Positions 1 to 6,661 of a stretch of 17,228 bases of DNA are shown here, in pieces. The translations under genes were made by a program, and so were the position numbers. The stretch covers positions 1-17,228 of the forward strand of contig CBFGIT010000046.1 in assembly GCA_965648905.1 (NCBI GenBank), given 5' to 3'. The first letter of the stretch is position 1. Each line of letters opens with the position of its first letter. Origin of the DNA: a candidate division WOR-3 bacterium (GTDB lineage Bacteria; Hydrothermota; Tepidihabitantia; Tepidihabitantales; Tepidihabitantaceae). Below the pieces are notes generated by a model. It ran no database searches. It saw only the letters and a list, made by a program, of their open reading frames with translations, and had not been told where the DNA came from.

Positions 1-263
1 TTGTAACTGCCGGTCCGGTAGCCGGTCCGTGTCTCGGTCCGCTCACCCGGCTTGGCCTGCAGGTGGCCGACCAGCTGGGCCAGCATCACCCCTTCCATGA
101 GCCGTTTCAGGGCCTGGCGCATCGGGGTCATCATCGGCTCGGCCTCATCGTCGGCAAAGAAGTCCTTGTACTCCTGCCAGTGGTCGATGTAGTGTTGCTG
201 CTAGCCTGCCGCTTCGCGCTGGGTGGTGCGGCTCAGGGTGTAGATGTAGTTATTGTCGGGCAT
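1..263 (-). pseudogene. IS256-family (mutator-type) transposase N-terminus, with an in-frame TAG at codon 21; possibly restarts at ATG 134
   Basis: Manual translation from ATG 263 (SD AAGGAGA 7 nt upstream): MPDNNYIYTLSRTTQREAAG*QQHYIDHWQEYKDFFADDEAEPMMTPMRQALKRLMEGVMLAQLVGHLQAKPGERTETRTGYRTGSY. The segment L..HL.A.P.ERTE.R.GYR.GSY matches the conserved IS256 N-terminal motif (E...HLG...YER...R..YRNG.Y). Not in the ORF track. Confidence 0.72.
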
Positions 264-334
264 GGGCTATTCTCCTTTGGTTTACTGATATACGGCCTAA
301 GAGAGGATACGCCCTGCCCGGCACTTTTCCAGTC

Positions 335-361
335 AATTTACACACAATCAAGGATACTACC
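335..361 (-). repeat. Putative left terminal inverted repeat of the IS256-family element
   Basis: AT-rich GGTAGTATCCTTGATTGTGTGTAAATT (minus strand) about 70-100 nt upstream of the transposase start. The partner IR is outside the window. Confidence 0.55.
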
Positions 362-382
362 GATCCGAATCCCCGGCGTGCC

Positions 383-411
383 TTGACATGCGGCGCGGTT
401 CGGGCTATGTT
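383..411 (+). promoter_or_regulatory. sigma70-type promoter for the 465..3911 gene
   Basis: Perfect TTGACA (383-388), 17-nt spacer, TATGTT (406-411). SD GGAGG at 456-460 precedes ATG 465. Confidence 0.7.
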
Positions 412-464
412 ATCCTGCTCATGAGCAGCAGGTTGACGACTTCAAGAAGACGATTGGAGGAACG

Positions 465-3400
465 ATGTCTCTAACCCGGTTGTGTCTGGTTACAATGATT
501 GTGCCGGCGATAGCCGCTGCCGGCCTGGTTGATTCTCTCTGGTCGGCGCAATATGTTGGTTCGACACGCACCCAGTTCAACTCTGCGGCTGACGTTCTTG
601 TTGACCCGGGCACCGGCCACATCTACGTCTGCGGCTCGGGTGAACGCGAGTACAGCAACCAGACCGACATGCTGCTCGTCAAGTTCAACGAGAACGGCGA
701 CACGCTCTGGTCGCGAATTATCGGCGGCAATACCTGGAGTCAAGACGACATGGCTCATGCAATGGTCGCCGACTCAGCGGGCAACATCTACGTCGCCGGG
801 TTGACCGGCAACGTCGCTCCGCGCGGCCTCGATGCCACTTGGGCCAAGTACGCACCGGACGGAACCTTGCTCTGGATCAAGAAGAGCCTATGGCGGGACG
901 ACGATGCGGCATTCGACATCACGTTCGGCCCGGGCTCGGACCTGTACATCTGCGGTGCGCGCACCGACACCCTGCTCGGGCTGTCCGCGTTCATGGTGAT
1001 GCGCGTCAACCCGGACAGCGGCACCATCGTCTGGGCACGCTCATACGTCCTCGATACGCTGGCCGAGTCCCGCCGTAACCGGCCCCGTCGCGACCTGCAC
1101 CCGGATTTCTACGACGATTTCGACTATTGGGATAATTGCGCGAGCGCACTCGTTCCGACCCCGGCTGGCAACATCGCGGTCACCGGATTTGGTCTGTCTT
1201 ATGACTACGAGCGCGAGTGGTGGACCATGACTCTGACCCCGGCGGGCAACCAGATGTGGGCCACGACCCACCATCATCCGAATACGATTGACCACGACGA
1301 CGACGTGGCGTTCGACCTCGCAGTCGCCCGCACCGGCGAGGTGTATGTTGCCGGATTTGACTTCTTTCAGACTACAATCAGCGAGCAGGGATACAATTTT
1401 GCTGTGGCCAAGTACGACCTCGCCGGTCAGGAGGTCGCCCATCGCAGCATGAACGTTAGTGCTGAGAATGGTGATGACTATGCGTTCAGTCTCGCGCTTG
1501 ACGACTCGACACCGCAGAACGTCTATGTCACCGGCGTGCTTGCTTATCCGAGTCCACTGGACGAGCAGAACACGACGTTCAAGCTGAACGCTGACCTTCA
1601 GAACCGCTGGGGTGCGCTGGGCGCCAGCTACGGCACCAGCGGCGACGACCGGGGACTCAAGGTCATCCACCGCGACGGCAGAATCTACGTGGCCGGCCGC
1701 CGTGACCTGGACATGTCTCTCATCTGCTACACTACGGCCAATCCGGAGCTGGGCCAGTCCAAGGACACGTTGTGGACATTCACCAGCAGCGGCCCGGGCA
1801 ATCTCGAAGACGTTGGTGCGGCAGTGGCGGTGGTCGATACTGACCATGTCTATCTTGCCGGCCACAATCTGAACTACGGTACTCAGTACTGGACAAATCT
1901 CGTGCTAACTCGGCTGGCCCACGGAAACCGGGATCTGCTGGTGAGGCGCATCGTCACTCCCCGGGGCACGGTCAGCGAGGGCGATACGATTGCACCCGAG
2001 GCAGTGGTTGCGAACCAAGGCAGCCTTTCTGGCCGGTTCAAGGCTTTCATGTTGATCGGCTCCGGCTATGCCGACAGCGTCGCTGCCCAGCTTGCGCCAG
2101 GTGAGAGCTTGACCGTTCGGTTCCGCGACTGGGTCGCCCGTCCGATCGGCCGGTTTGCGGTTCGTTGCAGTGTCGGTGCCAGTTCGGACATCAACCCGGC
2201 CAACAACGTGCGGGTTGAAACCGTGCTCGTTGCCGGCCGTGACGTCGCCTGCCCGCGCATCGTTGCGCCGCTGGGCACGCTTGATTCCGGCGAAGTCGTC
2301 GTGCCGCGCGCCTGGGTCTGTAGCTACAGCAGTACGCCTGAGGCATTCCCGGTTCGGTTCACCGTCGGGTACGAATACGCCGACACGCAGTTGGTCAACC
2401 TGGCTCCCTTCGACAGCATACTGATTGGATTCCGGCCTTGGACGGCTCAGAACGTCGGACGCTGGGCTGTGACCTGTTCGACGATGCTGGGCGGCGACGT
2501 GAACCCGGCCAATGACCGTGCCGTTGATTCGGTGCGGGTCATGCAGGTAGAGGTGCGGGACGTTGGTGCGATTCGGGTGCTGGCTCCGGCTGAGACCACA
2601 CAACTTGGCAGCGCGGTCGTGCCGCGCGCCGTTTTCCGCAACTTCGGCAACGTGGCTGCATCATGTCCGGTGACGATGATGATTGAACCCGGCTACTTCG
2701 ACATACAGCACATAAGCGAGTTGCCGCCGGGAGAGTCAACCCTGGTCGAGTTCACTCCCTGGACGGCAGAGCCTCCGGGTCCGCTCGCGACCGCCACGTT
2801 CAGCGAGCTTCCGGGCGACGTCAATCCCGGGAACGACACTGCCGCCGGTTCGGTTTTCGTTCGGGTACGGGACGCCGCGGTCCGCAGCATCGTCGCCCCG
2901 CGTGGTGCGGTGGACTCAGGGACTCTCGTCACGCCCACCTCGACAGTCGCCAATTACGGCAACGCGACCGAGCGCATCCTGGTCCGGTTCCGAATCCATC
3001 GCTTGTCGTCCGATATCTCAGCTTCCGCGCCAGTCCTGTTTCATCGTTCCGCCCTCCTTCGTCCCCCTTCGTCTGTCCTTTTTGAGACGAGTCAGGACCA
3101 GGTGTACGAGGACAGTGCCGAAGTGACACTCGCACCGGGGGAGACGCTTGCCACCGGCTTCCGACAATGGTCCGCAAGTCCCTCGGGCAGCTACCGGGCC
3201 GAGTCGTTCTCGCTCCTTGACGAAGACATGAATCCGGCAAACGATACCGCAACGGGCAGTTTCACCGTAGTTCGTCGGCTGCATGACGTCGGGGTGACTG
3301 CAATCCTTGCTCCGCCCGATACACTGGACACCGGCGCAACCGTAGTCCCCGCGGCCGTGGTCCGGAATTCGGGTACCGACCCGGAGTCCTTCCGGGTACG

Positions 3401-3911
3401 GTTCACCATCGGTGCGTTCTACCAGGCTGAACGTGACATCATGCTCTATCCAGGAATGAGCGATACGATCGAGTTCGACCCCTGGGTTGCCGGTCCGGTC
3501 GGGATTCATGCTGCTCGTTGCTCGACCATGCTATCGGGCGATGCCAACCCGGCTAACGACACCATGAGCCGACGAGTGGTCGTTCTACCGCCGCAGGGCA
3601 GCGCTGAGCCCAACGCGGCACTCGGCGTTCCATCCGACTTCCTGCTTGACCGGGGTCGGCCTAACCCGTTCCGCGGCAGCACATCGGTTCGCTTCGGGCT
3701 GCCTGCGACCGCCATCGTAACCGTGCGGGTTTACTCGTCGTCCGGCCGTCTGGTCAGGACTCTGGTTTGCGGAACCTGCCGTCCAGGCTACTACCACGCG
3801 GTCTGGAACGGCAGAGACAACGATGGCGTTCCGGCTCCGCCGGGCATGTACTTCTGCCGAATGGAGTCGGACGGTCGCCGGTATGTGACACCGCTGGTCA
3901 TGACAAGGTAG
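465..3911 (+). CDS. Secreted modular protein: signal peptide, SBBP-like beta-propeller, five CARDB/Ig-like repeats, C-terminal FlgD-Ig/T9SS type A-like sorting domain
   Basis: 1148-aa ORF with a hydrophobic N-terminus. Eight blades of the form DD.A..(I/L)..D..GN(I/V)YV.G....D....K(Y/F)...G..LW. Five repeats of D(V/L/A)...I.AP.G....G..V.P.A.V.N.G....F.VRF.IG..Y....LAPGE...F..W......CS....D.NP.ND. C-terminus PNPF..STSVRFGL....V.V.VYSSSGRLVRTL......G.....WNGRD.DG...PPGMYF.R. Confidence 0.85.
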   Translation: MSLTRLCLVTMIVPAIAAAGLVDSLWSAQYVGSTRTQFNSAADVLVDPGTGHIYVCGSGEREYSNQTDMLLVKFNENGDTLWSRIIGGNTWSQDDMAHAMVADSAGNIYVAGLTGNVAPRGLDATWAKYAPDGTLLWIKKSLWRDDDAAFDITFGPGSDLYICGARTDTLLGLSAFMVMRVNPDSGTIVWARSYVLDTLAESRRNRPRRDLHPDFYDDFDYWDNCASALVPTPAGNIAVTGFGLSYDYEREWWTMTLTPAGNQMWATTHHHPNTIDHDDDVAFDLAVARTGEVYVAGFDFFQTTISEQGYNFAVAKYDLAGQEVAHRSMNVSAENGDDYAFSLALDDSTPQNVYVTGVLAYPSPLDEQNTTFKLNADLQNRWGALGASYGTSGDDRGLKVIHRDGRIYVAGRRDLDMSLICYTTANPELGQSKDTLWTFTSSGPGNLEDVGAAVAVVDTDHVYLAGHNLNYGTQYWTNLVLTRLAHGNRDLLVRRIVTPRGTVSEGDTIAPEAVVANQGSLSGRFKAFMLIGSGYADSVAAQLAPGESLTVRFRDWVARPIGRFAVRCSVGASSDINPANNVRVETVLVAGRDVACPRIVAPLGTLDSGEVVVPRAWVCSYSSTPEAFPVRFTVGYEYADTQLVNLAPFDSILIGFRPWTAQNVGRWAVTCSTMLGGDVNPANDRAVDSVRVMQVEVRDVGAIRVLAPAETTQLGSAVVPRAVFRNFGNVAASCPVTMMIEPGYFDIQHISELPPGESTLVEFTPWTAEPPGPLATATFSELPGDVNPGNDTAAGSVFVRVRDAAVRSIVAPRGAVDSGTLVTPTSTVANYGNATERILVRFRIHRLSSDISASAPVLFHRSALLRPPSSVLFETSQDQVYEDSAEVTLAPGETLATGFRQWSASPSGSYRAESFSLLDEDMNPANDTATGSFTVVRRLHDVGVTAILAPPDTLDTGATVVPAAVVRNSGTDPESFRVRFTIGAFYQAERDIMLYPGMSDTIEFDPWVAGPVGIHAARCSTMLSGDANPANDTMSRRVVVLPPQGSAEPNAALGVPSDFLLDRGRPNPFRGSTSVRFGLPATAIVTVRVYSSSGRLVRTLVCGTCRPGYYHAVWNGRDNDGVPAPPGMYFCRMESDGRRYVTPLVMTR
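1932..3580 (+). repeat. Five tandem ~103-106-aa CARDB/Ig-like domain repeats (starts ~1932, 2241, 2559, 2871, 3285)
   Basis: Units begin DLLV/DVAC/DVGA/DAAV/DVGV and end D.NP.N(D/N). Spacings are 309, 318, 312 and 414 nt, so the fourth unit carries an insertion. Confidence 0.8.
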
Positions 3912-3918
3912 CTTCCGG

Positions 3919-3944
3919 GCGGCACGGCGCTGCCGCTGGTCTTT
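3919..3944 (+). terminator. Possible weak intrinsic terminator hairpin
   Basis: GCGGCA-CGGCGC-TGCCGC stem-loop 7 nt after the stop codon, followed by TGGTCTTT (poor U-tract). Confidence 0.3.
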
Positions 3945-3957
3945 GGTCGGACAAAGG

Positions 3958-3985
3958 TTGACAGCCCGGTCAGTTTCGGTATCTT
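3958..3985 (+). promoter_or_regulatory. sigma70-type promoter of the rpsP operon
   Basis: TTGACA (3958-3963), 16-nt spacer, TATCTT (3980-3985). SD AAGGAG precedes the TTG start at 4008. Confidence 0.6.
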
Positions 3986-4007
3986 GTAGCTGTAAAAGGA
4001 GTATCTG

Positions 4008-4364
4008 TTGGTAAAGATTCGACTCAGGCGCATGGGACATCGCAGTCGGCCGACCTACCGCGTGATTGCCATTGACTCCCGGCGCGCGCGTGATGGAGAG
4101 TATCTTGAATCGGTCGGCAGCTATGACCCGCGCACAAAGGCGCTCGACCTCAAGTCGGAGCGCGTGGATTTCTGGCTTGCCCGTGGGGCCAAGCCGTCCG
4201 AGACGGTCGGGCGGTTGATCCGGCGCTGGTCCAGGCAGCATGCACCAGTTGCGCCGCCCCCCGAACCCGCGTCTCCGGTTGTAGTTGAGGAGGTCCCGGT
4301 GACCACCCCGGACGATTCAGCTCAAGACGCCAACCAAGGAGTGAGCCGTGAAGGAACTGATTGA
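4008..4364 (+). CDS. rpsP: 30S ribosomal protein S16 with Pro/acidic C-terminal extension
   Basis: MVKIRLRRMG....P.YRVIAIDSRRARDGEYLESVGSYDP...W L..GAKPSETV is the canonical S16 signature. TTG start with a strong SD. Confidence 0.97.
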   Translation: MVKIRLRRMGHRSRPTYRVIAIDSRRARDGEYLESVGSYDPRTKALDLKSERVDFWLARGAKPSETVGRLIRRWSRQHAPVAPPPEPASPVVVEEVPVTTPDDSAQDANQGVSREGTD

Positions 4365-4575
4365 GTACATGGCCCGGGCGCTGGTCGACCACCCGGACCA
4401 GGTCGAGGTCAAGGAAATCGCCGGAGAGAAGTCGATCATGTATGAGCTCAAACTCGCACCCGGCGACAAGGGCAAGGTGATCGGCAAGGATGGCCGCACG
4501 GTCAGGGCAATCCGCGCCATCGTTGCTGCCGCGGGGATGAAGATCGGCAAGCGCGTCCAGTTCGACATAATTTAG
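4348..4575 (+). CDS. khpA: KH-domain RNA-binding protein KhpA (YlqC/UPF0109)
   Basis: MKELIEYMARALVDHPDQV...GKVIGKDGRTVRAIR with the GxxG KH loop. Canonical position after rpsP. GTG start with AAGGAG SD. Confidence 0.95.
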   Translation: MKELIEYMARALVDHPDQVEVKEIAGEKSIMYELKLAPGDKGKVIGKDGRTVRAIRAIVAAAGMKIGKRVQFDII

Positions 4576-4614
4576 CCAGGTCGAAGCGGTACGACACCAG
4601 CGGTTGAGGAGCAC

Positions 4615-5358
4615 ATGCGGGTAAGCATTGTTTCGCTCTTTCCCGAATACTTCGCCGGTCCGTTCCGGTGTGGACCGAGTCGCATCGCGCAGAGCGCGGG
4701 CGTGCTGTCCATCAGTTTCACGAACCCGCGTGAGTTCACGTCTGATGCCCACCGGACCGTTGACGACTACCCGTTTGGCGGCGGCGCCGGCATGGTCATG
4801 AAGCCGGAGCCGCTGGCGCAGGCAATTGAAGCTGCCCGCGGCACGGATGGACGGGTCGTGCTGCTTGCTGCACGGGGCAGGACGTTCTCCCAGACGGTTG
4901 CCCGGGAATACAGCGCCCTTTCCCATCTTGTGCTGGTCTGCGGCCGATACAAAGGCGTGGACGAGCGTATTGCGACGCTCGCTGACGAGGAGTTGTCAAT
5001 TGGTGATTTCATCATCGCTGGTGGCGAGGCGGCCGCGGTCGTGGTCGTGGAGGCGGTGGCACGACTGCTGCCTGGTGCGGTCGGGCACGAGGAGTCAGTC
5101 GCGACCGACTCGTTCTCCCCGGCACTGCTGGACGCGCCTTGGTACACCCGACCGAGGGAGTTTCGGGGGATGGAGGTGCCGGACGTCCTGGTGACCGGGG
5201 ACCACGCTGCGGTGTCGGCCTGGCGGCGAAGACAGGCACTGCTCGCTACTGCCCGGCGCCGGCCCGAGCTGCTGCGTCGCGAAGTTCTTACCGAGGAGGA
5301 GCGTACCGTGCTTTCTCGCGAAATCGAAAAGGAGATTCTCAATGGCAAAGACAACTGA
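4615..5358 (+). CDS. trmD: tRNA (guanine37-N1)-methyltransferase
   Basis: SLFPE, HRTVDDYPFGGGAGMVMKPEP, CGRYKGVDER, SIGDFIIAGGE, DSF, YTRP, VPDVL.GDH..V..WR, RRPELL. Confidence 0.97.
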   Translation: MRVSIVSLFPEYFAGPFRCGPSRIAQSAGVLSISFTNPREFTSDAHRTVDDYPFGGGAGMVMKPEPLAQAIEAARGTDGRVVLLAARGRTFSQTVAREYSALSHLVLVCGRYKGVDERIATLADEELSIGDFIIAGGEAAAVVVVEAVARLLPGAVGHEESVATDSFSPALLDAPWYTRPREFRGMEVPDVLVTGDHAAVSAWRRRQALLATARRRPELLRREVLTEEERTVLSREIEKEILNGKDN

Positions 5359-5740
5359 ACGTACGTCGGCCGAGAAGAAACCAGCCGTCCCGCGCGCCGC
5401 GGCTGAGATACCCCCACTGCGTCCCGGTGACACGGTCAACGTCCAACTGCGCATCACCGAAGGTGACAAGGAGCGCATTCAATCATTTCAAGGTACGGTT
5501 ATCGCCATCCGCGGCGCCGGTCGCAACCGATCGTTCACGGTCCGCAAGGTGAGTCGCGGCTTCGGCATCGAACGGATTTTCCCATACATCACTCCGAGTA
5601 TTGTCGGAGTAGAGGTCAAACGCCACGCCAAGGTCCGACGCGCCCGGCTCTACTACTTGAGGAATCGGAGTGGCCGCGAGGCGATGCTCAGAGAGCGCCG
5701 AATTGAGGGAGAATCTCGACCGAACGCTGTGGAAAGCTGA
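5342..5740 (+). CDS. rplS: 50S ribosomal protein L19
   Basis: P.LRPGDTV.V...I.EGDKERIQ.FQG.VI......FTVRK.S.G.GIERIFP....I..VEV.R..KVRRARLYYLR. SD AAGGAG. Confidence 0.97.
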   Translation: MAKTTERTSAEKKPAVPRAAAEIPPLRPGDTVNVQLRITEGDKERIQSFQGTVIAIRGAGRNRSFTVRKVSRGFGIERIFPYITPSIVGVEVKRHAKVRRARLYYLRNRSGREAMLRERRIEGESRPNAVES

Positions 5741-6311
5741 GGCCCTTTTCTGCGGCGTTGATGAAGTCGGCCGTGGGGCGCTGGCCGGTCCGGTGGTCGC
5801 GGCCGCGGTTGTTTTCGCGCCCGGTGCCGCGGTCCGTGGTGCGGACGATTCCAAGCTGCTGTCCGGGCGGCAGCGACTGCGTCTCGAACGACTCATCCGG
5901 CAGCGCTGTTTGACCTGTGCGGTCGGTGCGGCCGGTCCTCGTTTCATTGAACGTCACAACATCGCACAGGCCACCTGCCGCGCGATGAGTCTCGCCGTGC
6001 GCCGGTTGAGCATCCGGCCGGCGTTTGCTTTGGTCGACGGCCGGCCGGTCAGCGGTCTCGATGTCCCCTGCAATGGCGTGGTTCGCGGCGACCGGCGCAG
6101 CCTTTCGATTGCGTGTGCGTCCATCATTGCCAAGGTCTTTCGTGACCGGCTGATGACCCGCCTTGCAGCCCGATATCCCGGCTATGGCCTGGAGCGCCAC
6201 GTCGGCTATGGCACGGCCGAACACCTGGCCGCACTGCAGCAACTCGGGCCGACACCGATTCATCGCCGGACATTCGCCCCGATAAATAGACTGGCGCCGG
6301 CCTCCTCCTGA
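5703..6311 (+). CDS. rnhB: Ribonuclease HII (start uncertain: TTG 5703 or GTG 5670)
   Basis: GVDEVGRGALAGPVVAAAV, DSK, VDG, GD..SLSIACASIIAKV.RD, GYGT..H, GP.PIHRRTF. Canonical position after rplS. Confidence 0.95.
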   Translation: MRENLDRTLWKAEALFCGVDEVGRGALAGPVVAAAVVFAPGAAVRGADDSKLLSGRQRLRLERLIRQRCLTCAVGAAGPRFIERHNIAQATCRAMSLAVRRLSIRPAFALVDGRPVSGLDVPCNGVVRGDRRSLSIACASIIAKVFRDRLMTRLAARYPGYGLERHVGYGTAEHLAALQQLGPTPIHRRTFAPINRLAPASS

Positions 6312-6661
6312 TGAACCGCACCGTTGTTGGCCGCCGGGGCGAGGAGGTCGCGACCGCGTACCTACGCCGGTCCGGCCTGCGAATTATCGAGCAGAATCAT
6401 CGCTCCCGACTGGGCGAAATCGACATCATCTGCCAGGACCACGACACGATCGTGTTCGTCGAAGTCAAGGCCCGGACCGCAACGGGCTTTGCCGAACCTT
6501 GGGCGTCGGTCGGCCCGGTGAAACAGCGGCGGCTGCGCCGGCTTGCCGAGCAGTACGTCATCGACCACCGACTGGAGTCGGTGTCGGTCCGGTTCGACGT
6601 TGTCTCGGTGGTACTGGGCAGTGGGCGGCCTGCGGTCGAGCATATCGCCGGAGCATTCTAG
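6311..6661 (+). CDS. yraN: YraN family (UPF0102) PD-(D/E)xK nuclease
   Basis: G..GE..A..YL...G..I...N......GEIDII......VFVEVKAR.....RFDVV. TGATG overlap with rnhB. Confidence 0.93.
   Translation: MNRTVVGRRGEEVATAYLRRSGLRIIEQNHRSRLGEIDIICQDHDTIVFVEVKARTATGFAEPWASVGPVKQRRLRRLAEQYVIDHRLESVSVRFDVVSVVLGSGRPAVEHIAGAF

Larger units (their letters stand above)
1..361 (-). mobile_element. IS256-family insertion sequence, left end (continues beyond the window start)
   Basis: Reverse complement from 361 reads GGTAGTATCCTTGATTGTGTGTAAATT, resembling IS256-family terminal inverted repeats (GG...GT.TC....TTGTGTAAA). It is followed by an SD sequence and a transposase-like frame running off the window start. 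Confidence 0.7.

Noticed and set aside
10..41. Short CCGGT/CGGTCCG repeats at the window start
   Set aside because: Explained by the transposase peptide ERTETRTGYRTG.
201..203. TAG recoding (pyrrolysine or alternative genetic code)
   Set aside because: TAG is the normal stop for many genes in the window (465..3911, khpA, yraN, the dehydrogenase, ridA, ptb, glnA), so genome-wide reassignment is unsupported.
63..386. 107-aa plus-strand ORF
   Set aside because: Antisense shadow of the IS256 transposase frame; no SD and no recognisable motifs.
6499..6660. N-terminal extension of the comM ORF in the ORF track
   Set aside because: Overlaps yraN; family similarity starts at GTG 6661.
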